From: an uncultured Phycisphaera sp.
GTDB taxonomy: Bacteria; Planctomycetota; Phycisphaerae; UBA1845
Assembly (NCBI GenBank): GCA_964421865.1
Contig: CAYQZH010000003.1
Coordinates: 1 to 50,523, forward strand
Length of the DNA: 50,523 bases
Direction of reading: 5' to 3'
The notes under the pieces are model-generated. The model searched no databases and had not been told where the DNA came from. It worked only from the letters and a program-made list of their open reading frames with translations. Of this stretch, positions 35,536 to 44,486 are shown in pieces. Numbering within the stretch: position 1 is the first letter of the stretch; each line of letters opens with the position of its first letter. The position numbers were made by a program, and so were the translations under genes.

Positions 35536-35592
35536 CCTGTGGGACCGACGTTCCGGTTTGGGCTTGACCGGCCGGAAGGTCGGTCCCACAGG
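35536..35592. repeat. 57-nt palindromic element (long hairpin)
   Basis: CCTGTGGGACCGAC-G-TTCCGG...CCGGAA-G-GTCGGTCCCACAGG, 20 bp of pairing with one G.G mismatch. No T-tract follows. Confidence 0.75.
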
Positions 35593-35729
35593 CTTCACCT
35601 CTTCAACTCGGTTGTATCAGTTCGGTTCCGACGCTGCGCTTGACATTCGCATCGTCCCGAGCGACGGTGTTCTCGCCGCAGGGCTGTGGGTTGCAGCAAC
35701 CCAATGCAGGCAACGGAGCCGATGAGGTC

Positions 35730-36908
35730 ATGTCCGCAGAATCGCGCCGTGAGCTGATCAGCCAACTTCAAGCACTTCCTGGCCCGGAACATCGTGTGAT
35801 GGCCTTCGTCAACGGTGTTCGCCCCTGGAAGGGCATGAAAGAAACTTTGGCCACGCAGATTGCTCAGGATTCGGTCCGAATCTGTTACGATCACCTTGCC
35901 GCCCTGTCACGCGGGGTCGCGAAGCAGAAGCTCAAGATCGATCTGTTCCTGTTCAGTTTCGGTGGCGACACGTCGGTTCCGTGGCGTCTCGTTTCGCTGT
36001 TTCGTGAATTCGCAGGAGAGTTTCGCGTGATCGTCCCCTATGTAGCGATGAGCGCAGCCACGATGATCTGTCTTGGAGCGGATGAGATTGTGATGGGACG
36101 AAAGGGTGAACTCGGACCGATCGACCCATCCATGACGGACCCTGCGATCCTCAAAATTGAAGGTACCCACCCGCTCATCGGCGTAGAGGACGTATCGAAC
36201 TAGGTCAGTTTCGTACGCGAGCGGTGTAACGTACGCCAGCCCGCACTCATTGCGAAAGCAGTCGAGCTTCTCACGGCACAGGTGGGGCCGATCGGGCTTG
36301 GAAAACTCAACCGACAGCACTCCTACATCAGACTCGTGGGCGAGCGGCTCCTCAATTCACGCCGCCGCGCGAACCGTGCGAAGATCAAGCCGATCTTGCG
36401 AACGCTCATTGAAGACGTGTCCTTCCACGGACACGCCATTAGCCGAAGCGAGGCGCAGAAACTCGGGCTTCACGTTCGAATACCCCAGTCCAAGATCGAA
36501 GAAGCCATCTGGGCGCTCTACTTGGAATTCGAAAGGGATTTTGAACTCTTCAAGCCGATCGACCAAGAACGATGGCTGGCTCAGGCAACCGGCGATGTTG
36601 TGGACTCGTCGGACTTGGTACTCGGTGGGATCGAGTCCCCGACGCAAACCGATAACTTTGTTTACAAGTTCCGGTTCCACGTGCTGCGGCAGACTCCGCC
36701 GAACGTCACGATTCAAATCCAGCTCCCCGGAATCGCGACCCTACCAACGACGCCCGATGATCGCCGTCTGTTCCAGCAGCTTATCCAGGAAGCGATCGAA
36801 AAGGCTTCTCCCGCCGTCACTGCAGCCCTACGGGCGCAAGCTCCGATCCACGAAGTTCGTCGGGAAATCCTTCGTGCGGAGTGGGCTACGGTCTGGAAGG
36901 AAGGCTAG
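35730..36908 (+). pseudogene. SDH-family Clp-fold serine proteinase gene interrupted by a single in-frame TAG (36201..36203)
   Basis: ORFs 35640..36203 and 36282..36908 share a frame, and TAG is the only stop between them. KIDLFLFSFGGDTSVPWRLVSLFREFAGEFRVIVPYVAMSAATMICLGADEIVMGRKGELGPIDPS matches the SDH/ClpP-fold signature. The downstream part (HGHAISRSEAQKLGL) continues the family pattern. Confidence 0.65.
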
Positions 36909-37396
36909 ACGCTGAGGGCAGACGACGGTCCTTCCGTGAGCACGTCTTCGACCCAAACGGTTGCAGCTTCATTTTCGACGCCGGGCAGCGAACCTTCCTT
37001 CGGTGAGGAAACGGGGAGAACTCCCACCCCTGGAACCTCCACGACAATAGACAAGTCTGGCACCTCAACGCGGATTCGCGGCGCGCCAGCCGCTCCCTCC
37101 GCGCCGGTCGCGTTCCTCTTCCGTGCGTACACCTTACGCCCCCAAAGTCTCGGTTGCATCATCGTCCCTGGACTATCGGAAAAGGCGGGCACGTCCCTGC
37201 ACCACGCCGGTTCGTGACAGCGAGCTACCGAACCGTCCCCTTCATTCTACGGTTCCCAGGTTCTCCAAACAAGCCCATAAATGCGAATCTCCTCGCTTAT
37301 ACAGTCCCGCTGAAGCGGCGGTCCCGAGAAACGCGTCTCCCTGATGCGAACCTCGGGGGTCTTTGCCATTGGGGATCCCACGTGCCTCAGCGCCAG

Positions 37397-38566
37397 CTAC
37401 CGAACGTTCGCCATCGCCTGGTCCACGTCGGCGATGAGGTCGGCAATATCCTCGATGCCCACGGAGAGGCGGACCAGACCGTCGGTGACGCCGCGGGCCT
37501 CGCGGATTTCCTTGGGAATCGAAGCGTGGGTCATGATGGCCGGATGGTTGACCAGCGACTCCACGCCGCCCAGCGACTCGGCGCACGAGAAGACCTTGGT
37601 GCTCTCGCAAAAACGAAGCGCCGCGGAGCGCTCGCCCTTGAACACGATGGTGACAATCCCGCCCCCGCCGCACATCTGACGTTTGGCCAGGGCGTGGTCG
37701 GGATGGTCGGGCAGGAACGGGTACACCACCTTGGTGAGCTTGGGATGCTCCTGAAGGTGCTTGGCGAGTGCCAAGGCGTTGGCACAGTGCCGCTCCATGC
37801 GCAAGGCGAGCGTTTTCACGCCGCGATGTTGCAGGAAGCAGTCGAAAGGCCCGGGCACGCCGCCCAGCGCGTTTTGCAGGAAGGCAATCCGTTCCATCAG
37901 GGCCGCGTCCTTCACGATGATCGCCCCGCCGATGACGTCGGAGTGGCCGCCGATGTACTTGGTCGTGCTGTGGACGACGTAATCGGCCCCCAGGCTGATC
38001 GGCAACTGTAACACCGGGGTGGCGAAGGTGTTGTCGACGGCCAGCTTCGCGCCGGATTGGTGGGCAATGGTTGCGATCGCGGCAATATCCAGGCATCGCA
38101 GCAGAGGATTCGTCGGCGACTCGATCCAAACCAGTTCCGTCTTGGCGTCGATGAGCTTGGCGAACGACGCGGGCGAAGGGTCCTCGGTGAAAACGGGCGC
38201 CAACCCAAAGCCCTCGAACACGCGCTTGAGCAGCCGGAAGGTGCCGCCGTACACGTCGGCGTAGGCGAGGACTTTGTCACCGGGAGAGAGCGTGGCGAAT
38301 ACGCAGGCCGTCGCCGCGGAACCGGAGGCGAAGCACGCGCAGGCCGCGCCGCCCTCCAACGAGGCCAGTGCTCGCTCCAAGCCCACGCGCGTCGGATTCG
38401 AGGAGCGGGAATACTCGTAGCCTTTGTGCTTGCCCGGTGAGGCCTGGGTGTAGGTGCTGGTCGGGTGGATCGGCGGGACCGTCGCCCCGGTCACCGGGTC
38501 GGGCTCCTGGCCAACGTGAATCGCCCGCGTCGAGAATCGCCACTCTTGTTCCGAGGGAGCCTTCAT
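37397..38566 (-). CDS. Cys/Met-metabolism PLP-dependent enzyme (cystathionine gamma-synthase/beta-lyase/O-acylhomoserine sulfhydrylase family)
   Basis: Start at MKAPSEQEWRFSTRAIHVG (ATG 38566). PLP-lysine region HSTTKYIGGHSDVIGG. C-terminal SLGGVESL. The upstream 135 codons of ORF 37397..38971 are repeat-derived. Confidence 0.85.
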   Translation of the reverse strand: MKAPSEQEWRFSTRAIHVGQEPDPVTGATVPPIHPTSTYTQASPGKHKGYEYSRSSNPTRVGLERALASLEGGAACACFASGSAATACVFATLSPGDKVLAYADVYGGTFRLLKRVFEGFGLAPVFTEDPSPASFAKLIDAKTELVWIESPTNPLLRCLDIAAIATIAHQSGAKLAVDNTFATPVLQLPISLGADYVVHSTTKYIGGHSDVIGGAIIVKDAALMERIAFLQNALGGVPGPFDCFLQHRGVKTLALRMERHCANALALAKHLQEHPKLTKVVYPFLPDHPDHALAKRQMCGGGGIVTIVFKGERSAALRFCESTKVFSCAESLGGVESLVNHPAIMTHASIPKEIREARGVTDGLVRLSVGIEDIADLIADVDQAMANVR

Positions 38567-38670
38567 ATCGGTTCTCACACTCCGTAACGACGGCGGGCCG
38601 GACGACCCGCCCGACAACTCGCACGGCCGGAGTGTAGCGAGCGGGCGGGGCGATGTCATCGGTGGGCCGT

Positions 38671-38706
38671 GATTGCCGAATGTCGATTTCCAATTGCCGA
38701 TTGACC
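38671..38706. repeat. heptamer tandem repeat (GATTGCC-type, 5 units)
   Basis: gattgcc gaatgtc gatttcc aattgcc gattgac. The reverse complement belongs to the CAATCGN family, which is also present at 13231-13265 and 14097-14124. Confidence 0.8.
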
Positions 38707-38714
38707 GTGACAGC

Positions 38715-38762
38715 CACGAAGGTACGAAGGCACGAAGGCACGGAGCCACGGAGCCACGAAGG
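38715..38762. repeat. octamer tandem repeat, 6 units
   Basis: cacgaagg tacgaagg cacgaagg cacggagc cacggagc cacgaagg. Confidence 0.9.
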
Positions 38763-39004
38763 GAGGGGGCGGCAACGCCGAAATCGGAGCCGCGCGGCGC
38801 AAGCTCGCGGACAATCCGAGCCGGGAGCGCCGGCGACCGGACGTACCCCGAGCCGCCGCGTTCACGCGGCGGGCCACAAGTAAACCGTTGACCGAAGGTT
38901 TCTTCGCCGAAGACCGCTGCCTGTCCCACGTTTCCCTCGTGTCCACGTTGGTTTCTCCGCGTGTGCAGCACGCCCGACCGCTGTAGAACGAAAGGTCCGG
39001 CAGC

Positions 39005-39493
39005 TTAGGTCAGGCGCTGGAAATCGCGCACGCTGCTCGATGTGAGAAAGAGATTCACCGCGAACCCACCTCCTGCCTCTGCAGGTTGGAGAATGACGTT
39101 GCCGGCGGTGGTGTCCCATACGAACAATCCGGTGCGTTCTTCTGTTGGCATGCCGAGTTGCTCGCGACAGAATGTCAACGCGCCGATGGCAGCTTCGTTG
39201 GCCTCCGTCTTGTCCCAGAGTTCTAGAAACGGCGCGATCTTGTAGACGGTCCCGTTGACGGCGCCTAGCGTCAGATTCCACGTCCTACCCAAGAGCTCGA
39301 CCGGGGATGCATGGTAGATCTTCTCGCCAACGAACTGCCTGCTCATGAGGTCGTACTCGGCGGACGACACCTCTTGGAGCAGGAGCTCCTCTCTTAACAT
39401 CATGTTCAGCGCATATCCGCCGATCGGGAGGCTTGGCTTCAGTTCAGGCTTCTCTTTGAACCACACAGGCATCTCCTTCTCTGGATTGGACAT
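39005..39493 (-). CDS. hypothetical protein (162 aa)
   Basis: Clean ORF with protein-like composition (MSNPEKEMPVWFKEKPELK...). GC is somewhat lower than the surroundings. Next to an IS remnant. No recognisable family. Confidence 0.5.
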   Translation of the reverse strand: MSNPEKEMPVWFKEKPELKPSLPIGGYALNMMLREELLLQEVSSAEYDLMSRQFVGEKIYHASPVELLGRTWNLTLGAVNGTVYKIAPFLELWDKTEANEAAIGALTFCREQLGMPTEERTGLFVWDTTAGNVILQPAEAGGGFAVNLFLTSSSVRDFQRLT

Positions 39494-39675
39494 CTGACCT
39501 CGCGCGGTCGAACCACGTCTTCCTCCGGTGGAACGGAGACCGCAATCGCGCGCTCGTCACGAGGGATGGGTCAATCCCATTCTTAGTTGAAATTCCGAAC
39601 GGCTCAGGAGGTTCACGCGACCTCCACACGACGGATCTTCAATGCGCTTTGCAGTACCGCACGTAGACGCGGTAG

Positions 39676-40374
39676 ATGGCGATGCCCGCGCACCTTCCGC
39701 AGTCGCGGCTCGATCTCCAAGACCGTGGTCGCCAGCCAGCGATGCTTCTGCTCGGAGTTCCTCCAGCAGTCGATCTTGTCCGTGCGCTGGCCGACGCGGA
39801 CGTGCCCACGCTGCTGTCCTTTCTCGACGCCCGACCGTTGGTGGTGGGAGCCTGCAGCAAAGACGGGGAGGCCAAAGCCGGAAGGGTCTACGGCGGATTC
39901 GCCCGCGGCTACAAGCTGCACGCCATCGTCTCCGACGACTTGCGAGTTCGCGCCTGGTGCGTGACGGCGTTGAATGTGTCCGAGCTGTGGGCGGCCGAGG
40001 TGTTGATTCCTCGAACCTCGCTGGGTTCCTGGCTGCTGGCGGACGGCAATTACGATTCGGCAGCGCTGTACGACTTGGCCTACCAGCAGGGTTGTCAACT
40101 GCTGACGCCGCTGCCCAAGAACGCCGGCGAGGGGCACCGGCCCCAGTCCTTGGCTCGCTTGCGGGCCGTGGAACTCTGGCGATGGGGGGTGGCCGAGCCG
40201 ATTCACCGCCTGCGTGGGGGTGTGGAACGGTGCTTCGGGCAACAGTCCGGCTTTGGCGGCGGACTGGCCCCCTTGCCCGCCTGGGTGCGAGGATTGCGGC
40301 GGGTGGAACGATGGGTCGCCGGCAAGTTGATCATCTATCATGCTCGTCTTCGCCTGCGCCGCGCTGCCGCCTGA
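39676..40374 (+). mobile_element. IS4/IS5-type DDE transposase gene, probably 5'-truncated or decayed
   Basis: DDE_Tnp_1-like body: ...GGFARGYKLHAIVSD..., LLADGNYDSAALYDLA, C-terminal GGVERCFGQQSGFGGGLAPLPAWVRGL. The usual N-terminal DNA-binding region is not readable in frame, and no convincing terminal inverted repeats were found. Confidence 0.6.
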
Positions 40375-40414
40375 TCCTTCGCGCAAAATGGTGTTGCCCT
40401 TGGGGTTCGGACGC

Positions 40415-40894
40415 TTATCGTCGGACGTCGTACATAGCCGTGAGGCACTTGGCGAGGTCCGATCGACCGGGATTGCGCAAATGAGCACCGGCGATGGCGA
40501 CTTGCAGGCTGTCGCGTTTTGGACCCACGTCGGCCACCTGTACGATGCCCGTCGCGGACGTTGCGTCGTGCGGAGTCAGTTCTGCGCGGAGGGCATACCC
40601 TGCCGTGAAGGCGATGAGCAAGCCGGCTGCATAGCGAAGAAGCCCGTGCGAGAACCACGCCAACGTTCGCGGCGGCGACTCGCTGAGGATCAAACGGTCG
40701 CCTACGCGGCGGACGCTCACCGATCGCGGTTCGGGGAGGGCTTGCAGGCTCCGCACGGCCCCGCTCATGGATTCGTATTCGGCACGGCAGCGCGCGCATT
40801 GCGCGAGATGGGTCTGAAAGGCCGGGCGGTCGGCATCGGAAAGCTCGCCGCCCAACGCGTCCGCCAGCAGCATTTGGAAATCGTCACAGGTCAT
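40415..40894 (-). CDS. anti-sigma factor (zf-HC2 type, single TM)
   Basis: MTCDDFQMLLADALGGELSDADRPAFQTHLAQCARCRAEYE (H-x3-C-x2-C). TM segment LLRYAAGLLIAFTAGYAL. ATGA start/stop overlap with the sigma gene. Confidence 0.7.
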   Translation of the reverse strand: MTCDDFQMLLADALGGELSDADRPAFQTHLAQCARCRAEYESMSGAVRSLQALPEPRSVSVRRVGDRLILSESPPRTLAWFSHGLLRYAAGLLIAFTAGYALRAELTPHDATSATGIVQVADVGPKRDSLQVAIAGAHLRNPGRSDLAKCLTAMYDVRR

Positions 40895-41415
40895 GGTTGC
40901 ACCTCGTCGGCCCATCGAGGCCGCAATCGGTCCCGCACCGCCTGCACGGCCCGCAGGTAGTGCGTCTTGACCGTCGAAACCGCCACATTCATCTCCGCCG
41001 CAATCTGGGCGAAGGTCATCTCATCGTACACCTTGGCGACCAGGACGCTCCGTTGAATATCGCTCAACCGGTCCAACGCGGCCGCGATGTCCTCTCGCAG
41101 CGTCGCACGATCCAGCATCGCAACCGCCCCCTCGTCCGCCGCCCGCAGATCCATGGTGTTGGCGACCGGTCCCACATCCGCCTGACGCTTGCGACACATG
41201 TCGATCGCCCGGTTGAGCGTGACCCGCCGCAGCCAGCCTCGCGGTTGCAGCGGTCGGCCCTGCGTACATTGTTGGTCCCATCGAAGAAACACGTCCTGCA
41301 CCACGTCGAGGGCGTCGTGATGTCTCCCCAGGAACCGATAGGCCCAGCGGTACACCTGCCCGGCATACTGCTCGAACCCGCCGGACCTTGACCCTTCCAC
41401 CGATGCCATGGCCAC
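40891..41415 (-). CDS. ECF (sigma-70 group IV) RNA polymerase sigma factor
   Basis: Region 2 DALDVVQDVFLRW... and region 4 QRSVLVAKVYDEMTFAQIAAEMNVAVSTVKTHYLRAV. Confidence 0.85.
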   Translation of the reverse strand: MAMASVEGSRSGGFEQYAGQVYRWAYRFLGRHHDALDVVQDVFLRWDQQCTQGRPLQPRGWLRRVTLNRAIDMCRKRQADVGPVANTMDLRAADEGAVAMLDRATLREDIAAALDRLSDIQRSVLVAKVYDEMTFAQIAAEMNVAVSTVKTHYLRAVQAVRDRLRPRWADEVQP

Positions 41416-41425
41416 GCGCCCTCTC

Positions 41426-42493
41426 CTACTTTTCGTCGCGGTCCAGCGGCAGCCGCGAGGTCACCATCAACTCATAGGGCCGATCACGGAACGCCTTGCC
41501 GTCGAACTCCCATTTCACGGTCCCGTCGTCGTCCGCCTTGTCGCCGTTATGGGCGACGATGGTTCCGGGCATCCTAACCTCGAGTTCGAAGGAGTGACCG
41601 CCGAGGTCGTTGGTGATGTCGTAGTACTTCTTCGCCCGTTGGTAGGCCGCGTCGAACTTGGCGAGATGGTCCGCATCGTACCCGGCGTCGCGTTTAAGCG
41701 ATCCGACGAACGCCTGATGGGCTTCGGCCAGAATCCGCTGTGATTCGCGCTCGAACTGCTCGTCTTGCTGCTCCGGTGGCGTGCCTTCGTAAACATTGGC
41801 GATCTCATCCCAATCCATTTTCTCCTCATAGACGCTCAACAGCGCACGGCGAGCGAGGAGCCAGTGGTCCGGTTTCAAGCGTTCGTCGGACTCCTTCAAA
41901 GCCCGTTGGGCCAACTCGATCTGCTTGTAGGCCTCGACGCCGGCAAACGCCTTCAAAATCTGCACACGCTCATAGTAGGTCAGCTCCTCGGGCTTCTTTT
42001 CGCCGAGCTTCTTGATATTGTCGTCGAGGTGCAAGTCGGCCCACAACTGAACGTATGCCCAATCCCGGGGCGCATAAACTCGGCGGAAGTGCAGGTACAC
42101 TCCGTCCGTGCGCCGTTCGCGGGTCAGCGTCGTGGGGAACTTCAGGTACCGCCCCGCGTCGGGATCATCCGGCGCGGCGTAGCTGCCCGGAAGTTCCTCG
42201 CCGGGCTTGAAGGTCCGCTCGCCGATGAGCTCGACCTCCTCCTTCTCTTCCTTCTTTTCGTTATTCTGCCTGACCACCGACCTGACCTCCCGGTCAACCT
42301 TCCAACCGCTCGCGGGCGAAGGCATAGCGTCGCCCTTGTCGAAGTCGCCCTTGTCGCCCTCGTACTCGATGGTCACCGTCACCGCCCCGTCGGGCTTGAC
42401 GATGAGCACTTCCTTGCGCTTCACACAGCCCAGTGCGAACAGCACCGGAAGAACCACTGCCGCCGAGAGAAGAATGAATCGTCGTCCGCTCAT
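41426..42493 (-). CDS. hypothetical lipoprotein, first gene of the ECF operon
   Basis: ATG 42493 after GGAGGCA. MSGRRFILLSAAVVLPVLFALGC lipobox. No recognisable family. Confidence 0.6.
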   Translation of the reverse strand: MSGRRFILLSAAVVLPVLFALGCVKRKEVLIVKPDGAVTVTIEYEGDKGDFDKGDAMPSPASGWKVDREVRSVVRQNNEKKEEKEEVELIGERTFKPGEELPGSYAAPDDPDAGRYLKFPTTLTRERRTDGVYLHFRRVYAPRDWAYVQLWADLHLDDNIKKLGEKKPEELTYYERVQILKAFAGVEAYKQIELAQRALKESDERLKPDHWLLARRALLSVYEEKMDWDEIANVYEGTPPEQQDEQFERESQRILAEAHQAFVGSLKRDAGYDADHLAKFDAAYQRAKKYYDITNDLGGHSFELEVRMPGTIVAHNGDKADDDGTVKWEFDGKAFRDRPYELMVTSRLPLDRDEK

Positions 42494-42602
42494 GTTTGTG
42501 CCTCCATGTTCAAGAACCACCCGGTCTTCACTACCCTAGACGCGCCCCGGGCGACTTTGGACGACACGATTCCGTGACCTGGCGGGCCGTGTAGGTGCGG
42601 AG

Positions 42603-44096
42603 TCACCGCGCCGAGGCTTGAGCGGGCCGTCGCTCGGCCACGTAGAGAGTGCTTTGGGCGAGGGTGCGGCAGGGTCGCGGTGGGCCGTAGGCCTCGAATC
42701 CCTCGACGCCGGCGTGCCAAAGTTGCTCCAGCGGGCGATTCCCATCCGCAACGATGTACACCCGCTGCGTGGACGGGGACTTCGGGAGGGACAATGACGG
42801 GATTCCCTTCTGGGCCATGTAGTACGACGTGGCTGGTGTGTAGCGACTCACCAGGGCACATCGGTCGCTGCCGCGGGCTTTGCATTCCTCAAGGACCTGT
42901 TCGACTTCGACCAATCCGTTAGGTTCCGCGCATAAGTATGGTCGCCGGACGACGGTGGGCAACGGGAGGGAAACGATGACGACAACGACCATCGTCGCGA
43001 ACGGGGCTTTGGCGCCCCGACGCTCACCGGACAACGCAAGCATCGAACCCAACCTTGACACGCCTGCGACGGCGCAGACCAGAACAAGAGGCAGGAGCAT
43101 GACCCACGCGCGGGCGGGGAGCGGCGCGCGCATCAGACCCGCGGTCGCCGTGGCGACCAGAACAACAACCACGGGCACGAATCCTCGTTCGGATGACTCG
43201 CGCAGCGAACGAATGACGAACGCGGCACAACCCCCGATAAGGGTCGCCGACCAGACGGGGGTTGCGTCACGGGTCCACAGCTCCCAGGTTGAGGCGAGCA
43301 TTCCTCCGAACGTGGGGATTTGTGCTCCGAGGATGTCGCAGGCCATTTGACCGGTCCCCACGAGCTTGGCCGCGCCTTGCGTCACCAGGATGGGTAGGTA
43401 CAGAACCACGGTCAGCAACCCGCAAACGCCAAGCCCGAGCGTCAGGCCGCGAATCGTCTCTTTCCGTTGTGCTCCCTGACCGGCCAGGACCCAAGCGGCT
43501 AACAGCATCGCCGCCGTCAACCCGGCGACTGGATAAACCATCAGGGGCACGGTGAAGGCGCCGAGTGCGCCGACGATCCCCCACGCCATCCAGAGTCCCT
43601 GCCGCTGCGGCGCGACGATTAAATGCAGCGTCAACCCGGTCGCAAGGACCGTGAACAGCGTCAGCCACGAATAGCCGCGGGCGTTGGTGGAATACTCGAT
43701 CAACGCGGAAGATCCACACACGGCCAGCGCCGAAAGCAGGGCCACCGCGCGACTGCGGGTCATCCGCCATCCCAACCACGCCGTGGCCGGGATCAGCAGC
43801 ACTCCGCCCACGAACGCCGGCAGCCGAAGCGCCGCGGGGCTCGTCCCGAACACGCGGCTGACGGCCCAGACCATCAACGTGTGCAGCACATGGTTGTTGG
43901 GCACATAGTGCGTGACGATGTACCCCGGCGAGTGCGAGCTGAAGTTGAGGTAGTTGTAGGCCTCGTCGTAGCGCATCGGCTGATCGAGGAATCGCCAGCG
44001 CACCGCCGCGCCCAGCAGCGTCAGACCGATCACTCCCGCGATCATCGTCCGCGTCGATCGGTCTTGGGGAGTGGGTCGTGTGAGCATGAAGCGCAT
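42603..44096 (-). CDS. GT-C fold glycosyltransferase (GT39/ArnT/PMT_2-like)
   Basis: Start placed at MRFMLTRPTPQ. Polytopic membrane protein with an early loop motif RYDEAYNYL...HYVPNNHVLHT, typical of ArnT/PMT-like enzymes. Confidence 0.7.
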   Translation of the reverse strand: MRFMLTRPTPQDRSTRTMIAGVIGLTLLGAAVRWRFLDQPMRYDEAYNYLNFSSHSPGYIVTHYVPNNHVLHTLMVWAVSRVFGTSPAALRLPAFVGGVLLIPATAWLGWRMTRSRAVALLSALAVCGSSALIEYSTNARGYSWLTLFTVLATGLTLHLIVAPQRQGLWMAWGIVGALGAFTVPLMVYPVAGLTAAMLLAAWVLAGQGAQRKETIRGLTLGLGVCGLLTVVLYLPILVTQGAAKLVGTGQMACDILGAQIPTFGGMLASTWELWTRDATPVWSATLIGGCAAFVIRSLRESSERGFVPVVVVLVATATAGLMRAPLPARAWVMLLPLVLVCAVAGVSRLGSMLALSGERRGAKAPFATMVVVVIVSLPLPTVVRRPYLCAEPNGLVEVEQVLEECKARGSDRCALVSRYTPATSYYMAQKGIPSLSLPKSPSTQRVYIVADGNRPLEQLWHAGVEGFEAYGPPRPCRTLAQSTLYVAERRPAQASAR

Positions 44097-44354
44097 CGGA
44101 GACGGTGTCGGGAAGGCGCCCGACGCTTGAGACGCCGACTTTATCTTGTCTTTCGGACATCTCGGCGTCGCCCTGAAGCGAGCCGGACGACTTACGAGCA
44201 AGAAATGCGCGGACGATCACCGATATGGAGCTAGCGCGTGGGCATCCGCGCCGTGAGCCGGGGGCTTCCGACGGATACATGATTGGCATGGCGATGAGCG
44301 AGTGCGGACGAGCAGGGGGCACGACAAGCCCCGTCAGGGGCGGAAGAAGGCTAG

Positions 44355-44374
44355 CCACGGGCGTCAGCCCGTGG
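44355..44374. repeat. REP-like GC palindrome
   Basis: CCACGGGC-GTCA-GCCCGTGG, 8-bp stem. Confidence 0.8.
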
Positions 44375-44486
44375 GATCGAACGCCCCCTCCATGCGTCCA
44401 AGCCCCGGAGGGGCGACAGAGTCCATCACGGAGCCAAGATCGTGTCGCCCCTCACGGGGCTTGTCTCGGGACCCACAACGTCGGTT

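Noticed and set aside
35536-35592. 57-nt palindrome as an integron attC site or an intrinsic terminator
   Set aside because: It lacks the RYYYAAC/GTTRRRY core sites of an attC and no integrase is nearby. No U-tract follows the stem.
36201-36203. In-frame TAG in the SDH protease as pyrrolysine or programmed read-through
   Set aside because: No pyl genes or PYLIS-like context are visible, and Pyl decoding is not expected for this gene family. A nonsense mutation or sequencing error is far more likely.
36905-37217. Overlapping ORFs 36905..37192 (minus strand) and 36936..37217 (plus strand) in the gap after the SDH gene
   Set aside because: The two are mutually antisense. Neither has a convincing RBS, motif or family resemblance. 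The region is left unannotated.
38715-38762. Tandem repeats as a CRISPR array
   Set aside because: The units are 8 nt long and contiguous with no spacers. This is a microsatellite, not repeat-spacer architecture. No cas genes are present.
38567-38971. N-terminal 135-codon extension of ORF 37397..38971, and a possible SAM riboswitch in the leader
   Set aside because: The extension is a translation of the heptamer and octamer repeats (…LRAFVPSWLSRSIGNWKS…), and homology begins at MKAPSEQEW. The leader has a stem (CACTCCG...CGGAGTG) but lacks the SAM-I core (GAGGGA...GGCCC.GATGA...GCAACC) and any other SAM-class signature I could recognise.
39613-40488. 291-aa minus-strand ORF
   Set aside because: It is antisense to the DDE transposase body, which shows recognisable IS4/IS5-type motifs.
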